Source of the DNA: Candidatus Doudnabacteria bacterium
GTDB taxonomy: Bacteria; Patescibacteriota; Doudnabacteria; UBA920
Direction: 5' to 3'
DNA length: 64,000 bases
NCBI GenBank assembly: GCA_016218585.1
Contig: JACRDK010000031.1
Coordinates: 1,764 to 65,763 of the forward strand
This document shows, piece after piece, positions 46,699 through 58,800 of the stretch. Position 1 is the stretch's first letter; each line of letters opens with the position of its first letter. The notes beneath the pieces were generated by a model that saw nothing but the letters and a program-made list of their open reading frames with translations, made no database searches and was not told the origin of the DNA. The translations under genes were made by a program, and so were the position numbers.

Positions 46699-46771
46699 AG
46701 AATTATTATAACACAATCTTCCATATAAGCAACCAAAAAAGCTTGATTTTTAGCAAGAATATGAGGATAAC

Positions 46772-47290
46772 TTACTTTATTTCAACCAATTCGCCATTTG
46801 CGACTTTAAAATACTTACTAACCCCAACAGATGGCGATGCGGACATGAGTTCTCCTGATTTTCTTTCAGCAAAATTGACTATTATTTTACCATCTTTAAA
46901 CTCACTAGTCTGCGGAGCAATCCTGTCCCCCAAAAATACGGCATTGGTGCCAATAAACCCTTGTTCGGTTTTTAGCGCAGCCACAATATAATAGAATGTG
47001 CCGCTGCCGCCCGTATTAACACTAAGCAAAAAGGCTTTGTCTGCTGTGCCATCGCCATTGAAATCCCCCGAAACTTCATTGCCAAAATACTGGTAGGCTG
47101 TCTGTCCAGCGCCCGATGCGGCAACTTCAGCCAGGCCGTTTTTTAGCTGAATTTTCTGTCCCTCTATAATATAGGCGGTATTTTTATAGTCATTGGCTAA
47201 CTTTATCAAATTTTCGGCCGCTTTGTTGTCTTTAGTGCAGGCCGAAGCCATTACAAGAGCCATGGACAAAATAATAAATATTTTTTTCAT
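46772..47290 (-). CDS. Putative lipoprotein (172 aa)
   Basis: Signal peptide with lipobox-like LVMASAC. Confidence 0.55.
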   Translation of the reverse strand: MKKIFIILSMALVMASACTKDNKAAENLIKLANDYKNTAYIIEGQKIQLKNGLAEVAASGAGQTAYQYFGNEVSGDFNGDGTADKAFLLSVNTGGSGTFYYIVAALKTEQGFIGTNAVFLGDRIAPQTSEFKDGKIIVNFAERKSGELMSASPSVGVSKYFKVANGELVEIK

Positions 47291-47300
47291 TGTTTATAAA

Positions 47301-48395
47301 TTATTGATATTGAATATATACAGGAATTGGGTTTAGCTTTAACAAGCCTTCAGGCTCTAACATTCCTCCGGCTGCCCGCGCGTCATTTTTGTAAAAAAGC
47401 TTAAAGCCGGTAAGCTGAACCGGTTGTTTATAAATATATTGTTTATAGGTATTTAATTTTGATCCCCTCCCGCCAAAACCATCCATATTCATAACCAGCT
47501 GCACTTCAGGCAAAGGCTTAATCTCCGAATAATTCGTAAGCATCTTTTGGGTGAAGCGGTGAATTACCAAAACTTTTGGCGGCAAATTGTTTTCTCTAAC
47601 AATTTTTGCCAAATATTCGGCTGCAAAATTTACATCTGCCGCATCAAGCGTGCCAATTTCTGTTCCGGGCCGCGCGCCTGACTTCATAGAAAATTCCGGA
47701 TCTATTCCTAAATGAACATTGGCCATTTTTAAATATTTTTCTAACAGCGGAATTTCGGTTTGCACATTGCTCAAGCCAACCTGAATGTCTAAAAATACCA
47801 GGGCGTTAATTTTTTCCGCCATTTTTAAAACTTTATCTATTTCTTTGTCCGGCATTCTCGCTCTAAACTTGCCGTCTTTGCCCGGACCAGCTTGCGCTAC
47901 CACCGCAATATAATGCAGCGCGGGAATTACCGGAGTTTCCGGGTCGGCCGCTTGCCATTTATTTACTTCGCCTGCCAATTTTTGCAACACAACCTCTTCC
48001 GAATATTCCCCTAACACTCCCATATTTTTTGAATACAAATTTCCATAATAAGCCACTATACGTTTAAACGGCAAAATTGCTCCGGCGTTTGGGTAAACTG
48101 TTTTCACCGGCCATAAATACTGCGGGGCTGAAGATGTGGTTGTGGCCAAAGTCGGGTTATTGGCAATAGCCAAAAGTTTGCTGTCATAAGCAGCGGTGTC
48201 TAATTGCGGTACAGTAAGACCGGCCGGTTCTTTTTCCTCAACTGAGATTTTTAAACCTTCAACGCTGGCTTTTTTAGGCTTGTTAAAAATTTCCGCGCGG
48301 AAATAAACCGCTAAAAAAATTGTAGCAACACCAATAAGACCTAAAACTATTTTAAGCAAAAATGATTTGTTTTTTGGCTTTTGCTCTGTTTCCAT
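47301..48395 (-). CDS. Hypothetical membrane-anchored extracytoplasmic protein (possibly TIM-barrel glycoside-hydrolase-like)
   Basis: N-terminal TM (FLLKIVLGLIGVATIFLAVYF), then a ~330-aa domain. The glycoside-hydrolase-like call is weak. Confidence 0.45.
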   Translation of the reverse strand: METEQKPKNKSFLLKIVLGLIGVATIFLAVYFRAEIFNKPKKASVEGLKISVEEKEPAGLTVPQLDTAAYDSKLLAIANNPTLATTTSSAPQYLWPVKTVYPNAGAILPFKRIVAYYGNLYSKNMGVLGEYSEEVVLQKLAGEVNKWQAADPETPVIPALHYIAVVAQAGPGKDGKFRARMPDKEIDKVLKMAEKINALVFLDIQVGLSNVQTEIPLLEKYLKMANVHLGIDPEFSMKSGARPGTEIGTLDAADVNFAAEYLAKIVRENNLPPKVLVIHRFTQKMLTNYSEIKPLPEVQLVMNMDGFGGRGSKLNTYKQYIYKQPVQLTGFKLFYKNDARAAGGMLEPEGLLKLNPIPVYIQYQ

Positions 48396-48543
48396 TTTGT
48401 TTCAATTAAAACAAATATAGCTTTATTATACCCTACCCCATAGCTTAAATCCAACGCTTTCCTCTTGAACAATTATGCTTAATATGTTAGAGTAAACCAT
48501 TCCCCACGCCTCTTTTGAGGCGAAAATTTTAAGGAGTGTAGAA

Positions 48544-49020
48544 TTGTCAAAAGAATTTGCGATTGCGTTCACAAGCGACCAACCAAGAAAAGACCTTATG
48601 GCTTGCTTGGCCGCTGATGCGGCAAACCGCCATTGGACCATAAGTGTTGCCAGACCAGACCTTCGCGGTCTGATCGAAGGGTACAAACCTTCAATTATTG
48701 TTGTAAGCCACGACGCCGGACCAGACGATACCCAACTTTTCCGGCAGCTACAAATGCTGAGCCCCAATGAACTGCAAGGTATCGTCAAGGATCTAGATGA
48801 CGGGCTGGAATTCCCCTTTCCACAAAGCCTCCGGCTCATTCACTCTCTGCAGCTCAACCCGGCGCCAGCTCCCATCATCTTTCTAACCGAACAGCACCCT
48901 GGACCAATGGTGGTTCAACTATGCCGCCGGCTCGGAGCTACCGCTGTCTGGAGCTTCGGCGTTCCAGACTCAGCAAGAAGATTCTCCGCTTTCATCAATG
49001 GCGTCCAGGAATTTCGTTAG
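48544..49020 (+). CDS. Hypothetical protein, GC-rich ORFan
   Basis: ORF with markedly higher GC than the flanks. No motif. Confidence 0.45.
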   Translation: MSKEFAIAFTSDQPRKDLMACLAADAANRHWTISVARPDLRGLIEGYKPSIIVVSHDAGPDDTQLFRQLQMLSPNELQGIVKDLDDGLEFPFPQSLRLIHSLQLNPAPAPIIFLTEQHPGPMVVQLCRRLGATAVWSFGVPDSARRFSAFINGVQEFR

Positions 49021-49252
49021 CACCGCAAAATCATCAACCGCAAAAAATCCGGGAGCCCCGTTCGGCTCCCGGATTTTTGAAATATCCTTACACAATTTTC
49101 TGTATAACCTTACGGGATAAAATTTAATTCCCCATAACTTACAAAAGCTAAGCCTTAAACCCTACCTTTTTACTCTGAAATATGCTATTATCCTTTATAC
49201 CCTTTAAGGGTTTGTGGCTAAATATTTTGGCTATATTTTAAATTTATTTTTT

Positions 49253-50203
49253 ATGGATAAAGCAATTGAGATAAAAAACCTTACTAAATCGTTTAAAAAT
49301 GTACCGGTGCTTAAAGGTATAAATTTAGACGTGGAACGGGGAACAATTTTGGCGCTGCTTGGGCCGAATGGTGCCGGCAAAACCACCACAGTCCGAATTT
49401 TAAGCACGTTAATTCAGCCCGATGGCGGAGAAGTTTTTATTAACGGCTATAATGCGGTAAAAAATCCAAATTCGGTAAGGGCTAGCATTGGCCTTACGGG
49501 ACAATACGCGGCCGTGGACGAATACTTAAGCGGCTACGAAAATTTAGTTATGCTTGGCAGGCTGTACCACTTAAATTATGCCGATGCCAAAAAACGCGCA
49601 ACCGAACTGCTGGAGCAATTTGATTTAGTGGAAGCCGGCGGCAGGATTGCCAAAACCTATTCTGGAGGTATGCGCCGCCGTTTGGACTTGGCCTTAAGCT
49701 TAATCGCCACTCCTCCCATTCTATTTTTAGACGAACCAACCACCGGATTGGACCCCAGAAGCCGATTGGCAATGTGGGCAATAATTGAACAGTTGGTTCA
49801 GGCCAAAACAACCGTCTTGCTCACCACTCAATATTTAGAGGAAGCGGACAAGCTCGCTAACAGCATTGCGGTTCTGCATAATGGAACGATTATCGCCCAG
49901 GGTACGGCCAATGAACTAAAAGACAAAGTCGGCAAAGAACGGTTAGAAATTACCATAGCTGAGGGGCATAATTTTAAACAAGCCGTAAGCGCCATAAATG
50001 GCCAGGCAATTTCAAGCGATGAGAAAAAAAGGCTTATTAGCATTGCCACCAGCGGAGCGGTAAGCGAAATTAAGCGCGTGATTAGCCTAATGGAAAATCA
50101 TAATATTGAAATTGAGGCTCTGTCTCTCCACAAACCAACCCTAGACGACGTCTTTTTGAACTTAACGGGACACAAAACCACCAAGGAAAGCGAGGAAGAA
50201 TAA
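49253..50203 (+). CDS. ABC transporter ATP-binding protein (ABC-2/DrrA-like exporter)
   Basis: Walker A GPNGAGKTTT, ABC signature YSGGMRRRL, Walker B ILFLDEPTTGLD. Start set at MDKAIEIKNL. Confidence 0.9.
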   Translation: MDKAIEIKNLTKSFKNVPVLKGINLDVERGTILALLGPNGAGKTTTVRILSTLIQPDGGEVFINGYNAVKNPNSVRASIGLTGQYAAVDEYLSGYENLVMLGRLYHLNYADAKKRATELLEQFDLVEAGGRIAKTYSGGMRRRLDLALSLIATPPILFLDEPTTGLDPRSRLAMWAIIEQLVQAKTTVLLTTQYLEEADKLANSIAVLHNGTIIAQGTANELKDKVGKERLEITIAEGHNFKQAVSAINGQAISSDEKKRLISIATSGAVSEIKRVISLMENHNIEIEALSLHKPTLDDVFLNLTGHKTTKESEEE

Positions 50204-50207
50204 ATTT

Positions 50208-51026
50208 ATGGCATTATCAAATTACCATAGTTACAAATCTGCGGACGAACACCACTCCAAATTGTATTGGTTGGTGCATGACTTGTCTATTTTTATCGGC
50301 CGAAGCCTAAAGCATATATTTAAAAATACCGACCAGCTGCTTGGCTTAACTATTCAGCCAATAATGTTTATGCTGTTGTTCCGTTATGTTTTTGGCGGCG
50401 CAATTAACACGGGACCAATTAGTTACGTAAATTTTTTAATGGCCGGGATTTTAGTACAAAGCGTTGCTTTTGGCGCCCTCACCACCTCCCTGTCCGTTGC
50501 CACCGATTTGCAGCGCGGAATTATTGAAAGATTTAAATCTTTGCCAACCATTAGCTGGGGAGTGTTAATGGGCCACGTAACCGCCGACTTGGTGCGCAAT
50601 ATTATTCAGGCCATAATTATGATTTCCGTAGGACTGCTGGTCGGTTTTCACCCAACAGCAACTCTTTGGCAATGGGTGGAAATAACCGGCATTGTACTAT
50701 TATTTACTTTTGCTATTTCCTGGGTGGCGGCAATTATGGGCCTGGTGGCAAAGACAATAGAAGCTGTTCAATGGATGGGATTCTTTTTAGTTTTTCCCCT
50801 TACTTTTGCCAGCGCTGCTTTTGCCCCAACCAGCAGTATGGCCTCAGGTTTGAGAATTTTTGCCCAGAATCAACCCGTAACTCATGTTATTGAAGCGATT
50901 CGCGCTTTAATGATAGGAACTCCCGTCGGCAACCATGCCTGGCTGGCAGTAATTTGGTGCTTAGGCATAATCATTGTTTCTATTCCCACAGCAGGCTATT
51001 TATTCCGCAGATACAGCGGAAGATAA
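50208..51026 (+). CDS. ABC-2 family transporter permease
   Basis: Six-TM protein immediately after the ATPase (5-nt gap). ABC-2 type layout. Confidence 0.8.
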   Translation: MALSNYHSYKSADEHHSKLYWLVHDLSIFIGRSLKHIFKNTDQLLGLTIQPIMFMLLFRYVFGGAINTGPISYVNFLMAGILVQSVAFGALTTSLSVATDLQRGIIERFKSLPTISWGVLMGHVTADLVRNIIQAIIMISVGLLVGFHPTATLWQWVEITGIVLLFTFAISWVAAIMGLVAKTIEAVQWMGFFLVFPLTFASAAFAPTSSMASGLRIFAQNQPVTHVIEAIRALMIGTPVGNHAWLAVIWCLGIIIVSIPTAGYLFRRYSGR

Positions 51027-51083
51027 CCCAACTATAATTTAAAAAAACTTCCGCGACGGCGGAAGTTTTTTTATTTAGCAAAT

Positions 51084-51731
51084 TTATTTTTGATTTTGTT
51101 TAAAAGTTTGCGCCACTCTGTCCATTATGTCGTCTATATTAAAGGTTGCCCGCTCCGCTTCACATTCCGTTTTTTGCGAGTCATCATAATTCAAACACTG
51201 TACCATGCGCAAAGTAAAGTTAAGAATTACAGTTTTATTATTTTGCGCAAAGGCGTAAGCATACTGGTTATAAATGCTGCCTGCTGCCCCTTCGCTAACC
51301 TGCGTTATGCAATAATCGTGCCCGTTTACGGTTTTTCTTACCGTCTGCCCCGCTCTGCTGGTGCTGGTTCCTGCTTGGGTGCAGGTAAACGGCTGATTTA
51401 ATATTTGTACTGCCGGCGGCCAGTCTGTTGCGGAAATATATTTTGTTGGCAAAGTAGCCGGATATTGGAATGAGGAAGTGGTTGTGGCATCCGTGAAAGT
51501 TTGCCAAGAAGGCTCGGAAACCGGCGGGCATGCGGCAAATTCACAAGACGGCCCGCTGCGCCCAACGTAAGAGCCGTCGGGGCAAAGCTTGGCTTCCTGC
51601 GTACAGGCTACCGGTTCCTGCTCAACAACCTCCGGACTTTTTGGTTTGTTAGCGTACAAAAAATATGTGGCGACGCCAGCGGCAATTAATAAAATTACAA
51701 CAATCGTTGCAAATACTTTGTCTTTGTTCAT
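51084..51731 (-). CDS. Hypothetical membrane-anchored Cys-containing extracytoplasmic protein
   Basis: N-terminal TM (VFATIVVILLIAAGVATYFLY), then an extracytoplasmic region with 8 Cys. Confidence 0.5.
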   Translation of the reverse strand: MNKDKVFATIVVILLIAAGVATYFLYANKPKSPEVVEQEPVACTQEAKLCPDGSYVGRSGPSCEFAACPPVSEPSWQTFTDATTTSSFQYPATLPTKYISATDWPPAVQILNQPFTCTQAGTSTSRAGQTVRKTVNGHDYCITQVSEGAAGSIYNQYAYAFAQNNKTVILNFTLRMVQCLNYDDSQKTECEAERATFNIDDIMDRVAQTFKQNQK

Positions 51732-52018
51732 ACCCAGTATATCATCCCCATAAAATTATTGAGGATGTCCTTTATATAGTTAATTATAGATGCCGCCCAA
51801 ATACCAGCCGCCTCTCAACGGGGTTGTATTACTGGGCATAAAATTTATATTTAATAATACTTTAACTTTAGCAAGGAAATTAAATATTTCCAAGTAAATT
51901 TTTGCAAAAACCGCTGTATAAATATAAAAAAAATAAAATGCCTTGCAAACAAAATACTTTTTGGCAAAAAATAATTTTTTTATTTTGAAATATAGTTTTT
52001 CTTTGCTAAAGTTAATAG

Positions 52019-52735
52019 ATGATAATCTCTAAAAAAATATTGTTTGGATTTATTAGTTTTATTGCAATTATCGCCGCACTTCCCGCTCGCGCCCAATTAA
52101 TGATGCCAAACTTTAACAATGACGGTATACAACAACAGGTAGAAAATTTTTTTATTGGCGCTCCGGAAATGATAAATATTGCCAAATGTGAATCCGGCTT
52201 CCGCCAATATAACAACAATGGCGAAGTTTTGGCCGGAGGCAATGCCGGTAATTATCTTGGCGTATTTCAAATTAGCAAAGGCCATACCGACAAAGCCTTG
52301 GCTTTAGGCTGGGATATTTATACCACGGACGGCAATTTAGCTTATGCCAAATATTTATACCAGCAACAAGGCACTTCTCCCTGGGCCGGCTGTGTAAGCG
52401 TTACACCAAGCGCTATTCCAAGTTTTTCCGCCGCAACACTTGCGCCTGCTGTTGCCGGATCAATAACTCAAAATTTAAAACTCGGGGCGGTGAGCCCGGA
52501 GGTTAAAACTCTTCAGCAAATTTTAAATGCTTTAGGCTTTACTATTGCCAAAAGCGGTCCCGGATCAAGCGGGCAAGAAACCGAAAAGTTTGGCAGCTTA
52601 ACTAAACAAGCGGTGCAGCAATTTCAATGCCAAAAAAACATTACTTGTTCCGGCAATGAAGCCACCACCGGTTATGGGCGCGTTGGTCCTTACACCCGCG
52701 CCGCAATTTTAGACGCCCTCTCGGCCAAGCAATAA
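52019..52735 (+). CDS. Secreted transglycosylase-like (Rpf-type) protein with C-terminal peptidoglycan-binding domain
   Basis: Signal peptide. IAKCESGFRQYNNNGEV…YLGVFQIS…W resembles the transglycosylase-like domain. C-terminal LKLGAVSPEVKTLQQILNALGF…AVQQFQ resembles PG_binding_1. Confidence 0.7.
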   Translation: MIISKKILFGFISFIAIIAALPARAQLMMPNFNNDGIQQQVENFFIGAPEMINIAKCESGFRQYNNNGEVLAGGNAGNYLGVFQISKGHTDKALALGWDIYTTDGNLAYAKYLYQQQGTSPWAGCVSVTPSAIPSFSAATLAPAVAGSITQNLKLGAVSPEVKTLQQILNALGFTIAKSGPGSSGQETEKFGSLTKQAVQQFQCQKNITCSGNEATTGYGRVGPYTRAAILDALSAKQ

Positions 52736-52803
52736 CCCTTACTTATATTTTAGAAAGTCTAAAACAAAACGCCGCAAAACCCAAAGTTAGCGGCGTTTTA
52801 AAT

Positions 52804-55800
52804 TTATATTCCAATATTGCTATTTAAACATCCAATTTTACCAACAGCAACATCCATAGTTACAATTGGGATTTTTTGTTCACCCTCAACCCGGGAAATC
52901 TTTAGCGAATAACTTCCGGGCACTGCTTTTAAGAAAAACTTGCCATTCTTATCAGTCTTAGCTTTGGCAATAACAACAGGCAAATTCGGATGGCTTAATT
53001 CCAACACCAGCCCTTCTTGGCACAGCATATTGCTTTGTTCAAACACCCTGCCCCATAAACGCTGTTGCGGCCAAAGCAGTTGAACAGCTAAAACCAGCGC
53101 GTAACAGCCGACTACCAGATTATGCCAAAAACCGGGATCTTGCCAGGCAACAAAAATGCTCCAAATAAAACCCAAAGTGAAAAATGAATTAATTACCGCT
53201 TTTAAAATAATTTCACGGGTAGGATGAAACTTTACAATTCGCTGCTTGTCCATTTGGTTCCAATCAAAAGCCAGCGGGTCCATTGGCACATTTGGGGAAA
53301 TTACGTCATCCCCGCCAATATTAATATCCCCGCCAAAATAGAGGTTGTCATAAATTTGGTCGCGCGGCCCGATAATATTTTTGCTCGGAAATAAATAGTT
53401 AGTTTTTTTTGCTACCAGCCTAAATTGGCCACGCTCCGACAAAAAACCAAAACGGCCAAACATATCGGTAATTACTTGTTCTAATTTTTTTCCGGTTTTT
53501 ACATCATACAACTCAACCATAACCGGATCCAGCGGTTGTTTGTTTTTTGAATCATAAACTGTCCCCCAATAACGTTTTTGCCTGCGCAATCCAAACAAGG
53601 ACATAAGCCACTGCACAAACTTTAATATCCATAACCAGGCTTCGCTTAATGAAGTTAGAATAGTTAGCAGTGTTTTTGGGGACACGCCTTTATTGGCCAT
53701 TACGCTAATCGGCAAAACGCTTACTGCCGCCGTATCCAGCAAAACTTCTTTGGTTGGAGACATAGTTTCAAAATAGCTCAAAAGCCTTAATTCGCCGTGA
53801 GAATTTTGGGGTTTAGGCGCTTCGGGCTTATTGTTTGCCGGTATGTTCGTAGTAAATATCGGCAGCGGCTCTGTTTTGGTAGCTTCCTGATTGCTTGGGC
53901 CGGATGGCGGATTATCATTGACCGGCAAAAGAAGTTCCACAATAGCAGGATTTATTGGATTACTTTCTTGGTTTGGCGTATTGGTTGCCGGATTAGCTAT
54001 TGTTTCTTCCGTTACCGGCGTCTGGTTTAAATTTAAATTTATCTGCGCACTTGCCGAGCCAAGCAATATGCCTGCGTTGTTATAAAATTGCGAATAGACT
54101 TTGTACAGTCCGGAATTGCAGGCCGCCAGCCCAAAACATAACGGCCAATCAATTATTTTGTTGGAGACCGCGAACTCGGTGCTGCTGGCAAAGTTAGGCG
54201 TATTTGAAAATTTCATTTTTGTCGCTTCAGTGCTATAACTTATTTCTAAATTTGCCAAATCAATATTTGTAGAGGTTGCGTGATTTTCAAAATATATTTC
54301 ATAATTGCCAAAATAGAAAGTTCCCCCGCTTCCTCCGGGTTGGCTTGGCTCGGGCGGCTCGGGCGTGCTGCCGGACCCGGTTATTGCAACCGATATATCA
54401 GACACGACCAAGCCGTTATAATTTCCGTCGGTGCTGGAAAAAGTATGGCTTATGCTGCCAGTGGAATTAGAAACAGCGCTGGACAATGCCGAAACCGTAA
54501 CAGTTTGCGGCGTGTCCCAATTGGCGGAAGTAAATATCAGGCTGGCGGCGGAAGTTGTGGCCAAACCGGAAACAGCAATTGAAACATTCACATCGCCTGA
54601 CGGCTGAGTATTTAAAACAACAGTATAACTGCTGGCAACTCCCGGATTAGTAACACTCAAAGATGTCGGGCTAATGCTTGCTCCCGGAGAAATTGAATCA
54701 ACAACTCTAACAGTATAAACAGTATTAGCCCCCAAAACAGTTCCGCCCGGCGACGATAAAGTAATTTGAAAAGTTTCCGGCGATTCCGTAACCGCATCGC
54801 TCACTAGCGGTATGTTAATTGTGGTACTGGATTGTCCCGCGTCTACCCCGGCCATGCCCATAGACCACACATAATCCGAACCGTGCGCTGCCGTGCCGTC
54901 GGTAATTACATAAGCTACTTCCGTATCTGCCGTGCTTGTTGCGGATAAAGTTAATTTAACCGCGGCAAAACCCGAGGACTCCGCCACGGTTGAACCGGTT
55001 GTTGAAAATTGAATTTCGGGTTTTTCCTGAACTGTTCCTTTAAAGCCGGCCAAATAATACTGTTCGCTGCCCCCAATTCCATAGTACCTGCCCACGGGGC
55101 CGCCGAGGCTGCTAAATTGGCCTCCCATAAATAACTGCGTCCCGTCTAAAATTGTGTAATTTGGATACGGGCTGTAGCTTGTGTCGTAAGTGCCTTTGTA
55201 ATAACTTTGCCCTAAATCGGGAACCCAGTCGCCCAGTCCTCCATTTGTCGTATTTAACGAGGTTACTCCCATGCGATATGCGCCGTTGACCGTGGAAAAG
55301 CCATCCTGAGAAAGAATAACCTGGTTGGCATTCGCGGAAATACTTTTTGATGTGGGATAATATGTGGTTCCAAAAGTAGGAGCCCAACTCTTTAGCGTGC
55401 CGGCATCGGCATCAACATTTATGGCAACAGTTTGGCTGCCGGCTCCGGCATCTAAACTGTAGGTGGATGACCAATATAAATTACTCCCCGCTTTAGCCAA
55501 ACTATCCATCCAGCCGCTATAACCGCCAAAAGAAATATTATTTGTCCAACGGCTTGAAGCTTTGCCGTTGCCCATTTCAAGCGCAGTAATGTAATCGGCC
55601 GGGGAACCATAATATGACCTAAAATCCCCTACCACGTAAACCAGGTTGCGCGTGGCATCGGGCCAAACATCGTAAACTGTTGAATCAAAAGTTGGAGAAC
55701 TCCAATCTTCCACGTATGCCGCTTTCATTTTCTGGCAAGGAACAGTAACATAATTTCCTACTTTAATGCTGTCTATCCAAACCATATCTTGGCCGGACAA

Positions 55801-58800
55801 ACCGCTTGAGTCCTTAAGATATTTCCAAGTTAGAACGTGCGAACCCTGGGACAAGGCCAATGTTGAACTTGCCCAATTATTTTCCCCGCTTGAAGAAAAA
55901 TCCGCATTGGTCTGATCGCAATTTTGGTTGTCAACGCAAAATAATAAATAGTCATAGCCTGCTTCGCTGCTGGTTTTGTAATCAAAGGAAATTATTCCGG
56001 CGCTGCTTAAATTTGTTGTCGTAGAAATGTAGGTCTGTTGGCTGTCTGCGGTTTTTTTGGAAGCTAATGAATACGTCCCGGCGCTTGCAGCGGAAGTTGT
56101 GGCCACCCAGACTGTGTTTCCCCCGGTTGTCCAGCCGGAAGGCAGGCTGCCGCTATGCTCAACTGTTTCACTCCACAAACTTGTATCAACAGAACAATCG
56201 GTATAAGCCGGCGCGCCGGGCTTGTTAAGCTTAGCAACATTTTTTACCGCCGCTCCGCCAACATCCGACATATTTCCCCCAACATACACGGAGTTGCCGG
56301 AAAGATGAATTGAATAAATGTTTCCGGTTGAATCCGGATAATCCGCCACAGCCAGGCTGCTGGTTGCCGACACCACGGCTAACTCATTCCTTAAAATTCC
56401 GCCAATCCGCTCATTGCTGGATCCATAAAGATTGCCGGCCATATATACATAATTTTCATCCGCCACCATCCGCTCCGCAGTTGCCTGATGCGCATTACTT
56501 CTCGGCCACGGCTCCCAGTCGGTCGCCGCTCCGGTTGCTAAATCTAAAGCGGCAAACGCGTTGCGCTGCTTTCCGCCCATACTGGACATGGAGCCATTTT
56601 CTCCTATGTACATACTACTGCCGCTAATTGCCAGGGTTGTCGCAATGCTGGGAGTAACTAATTTTTGGCTGGCCACAGTCCCGGTGCCGGTGCTTATGTC
56701 TAAAATTGTAACGTTATTTAAAATATTAAAATAGTTATAATTTGTGGTAGTGGAACTATAAAAAGCGCCGGTCAAATACATATTTGTTCCGTCCACCGCA
56801 ACATCATAAACTTTAGCTTTTGCAATCCCCGGATTCCAGGCAGACAAATTAAATACGGTGCTGCTGGAAACATTTATAGCCACAATCCCTTCAAAATTGC
56901 TGAACCAGTCAAAATCTCCGGAGTAATATAGAGTACTGCCGACTAGGGTAAGCTTGGTTTTTTTACCCGGCGGAACATACAGAGTCGAACTCGGCCAAGC
57001 TTTATATACCGCGCCGGTAGTGCCGTTGACCGCGAAAATTGTGTTGTTGTTTATAGAACCGTTAAACTGAGCTCCAAAGTTATCATCACCTGAAAAATAA
57101 ACAACCGAACCGTTGACCGCAATTGAATTTCCCGTTCCCCAAGCGGTGTTAGGCCAAGCCAACGCATTTCCGGTTGAAGTATTTAAACCTGCAACCGAAG
57201 TAATGTTAACCCCGCCCATATGAGTAAAACTGCCGGCAATATATAGAGTGGTTTTGGCGTCATTTAAAGCCAGAGCGTTTACCAACGGCACGGCGCTGCC
57301 CCTTATTCCGTCCGCGCTGGGATTCCAGGAAGTGGCAAGGCCGGTAGAAGCGCTCAAGGCGGCTACGCCAAATCTTTGTTTGCCGCCAATGCGCGTGAAT
57401 TGTCCGCCTACATATAAAGTTGAACCGTCCAGCAGCAAGCTTACTACTTTTTCGCCCATAACCATATGAGCATTAAAACCGGTGTCTAAACTGCCGTCAG
57501 ACAACACGTGAATTAGCCCCGGGATGTATTGCTCATTAACTTTGGTAAAATCCCCGCCCAGATACCAGCCTCCACTGCCGTCAGAAATAATTTTTTGCAC
57601 TGAACCGTTATCAATTTTAGGCACTGTCCCGGACAGCGCAAAACTGCTCTTGTCAAACATTGCCGCGTGTCCGTTATTTGGGCCAATGTAGCTAAAATCT
57701 CCATTCAAAAACAAGGTTGTGCTATTTTTTGCTGTGGACCAAATAGTCGCATTTGGAATCCAATATTTGCTGTCGGCAAAACATTCTGTGAGAGCGACGC
57801 CAAAACTCCAACCGGTGTTCCTTCCGGAATCGGTAAAGGTAGTGCCGTGCCCGCAAAGAGTTGTGGTTGCAGTGTTGTTGGAGTCCTGAACGTCTAAACC
57901 TTTAAGCGACTGATAAAAAGCATTTATATTCCAGGCCGCTCCTGGAGAAAGGCTGCGAAGCTGCAAAGAGTTGCCGCTTAGGCCTTTTAGCTCCAAAGTA
58001 TTTAGAACAGTTTGGGTTGATCCGGCCGCGAAACTTAAAGAAGAAGTCGTTGTAGCAATTTTAATTAAATTTCCAAACGTATTATTCCCCGTAATCGACT
58101 GGTTGCCGCCTTCCAAAATTAGCGATGGATACGCGCCGGGCTTATAAGCTGTGCCACCGGGCGTGCGCGCCGTGTAATTATTGGTTAAGGTGCCGCCGCT
58201 GCGATAAAAATCCCCGGCCAGCCTAAGGTTGTCCGGCGCGTTAAAAGTTCCGCCGGTCTGCGTAAAATTTCCGCTTATGGAAATTTCATTAAAACTTGAG
58301 CCAATCGTTCCGCTGGCCATATAAAAATTTCCGTAAACCGTAATAGTGCTGCTTGCGGTAGTGGACGCCAAAATGCTCGAAAACGTTCCGGTAGACATTG
58401 TAAAACCGGAAACAAAAACCTGCTGGTCGACAGAAGGGTTGCAATTAACAGCGCAGGTATTGTCGAATACTACTGTGTCGGCCTCTTGCGGCAAAGTGTC
58501 GCCCGCCCAATTAGCGGCTGTTGACCATCGGCTATTTGCGCCGCCGCCATCCCAGACTTTTGTGCTGTTAAAAGCCTCAGCCGCCGACTGCTCGGCAGAC
58601 TGGCCAAACTGAAAAAGCAAATGATGATTGCCGGTTTTTAAAACCAAATTGCCAACTGTCGCAATATCATCGCACTGCCAGTTAGAATAAAAAATTGAAT
58701 GATCCGGCAAAATTTGCGCATCCGCGGTCCTGTCTTCCTGCCCGCAGACTAACTTGGTAAACTGCAAATCATTAATTGTGTCCTGGTCAGCCGGGGTAAT

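Noticed and set aside
48426-48839. Minus-strand ORF 48426-48839
   Set aside because: Antisense to the better-contexted plus-strand ORF 48544-49020 in the same GC-rich patch. Cys/Ser/Arg-rich shadow composition.
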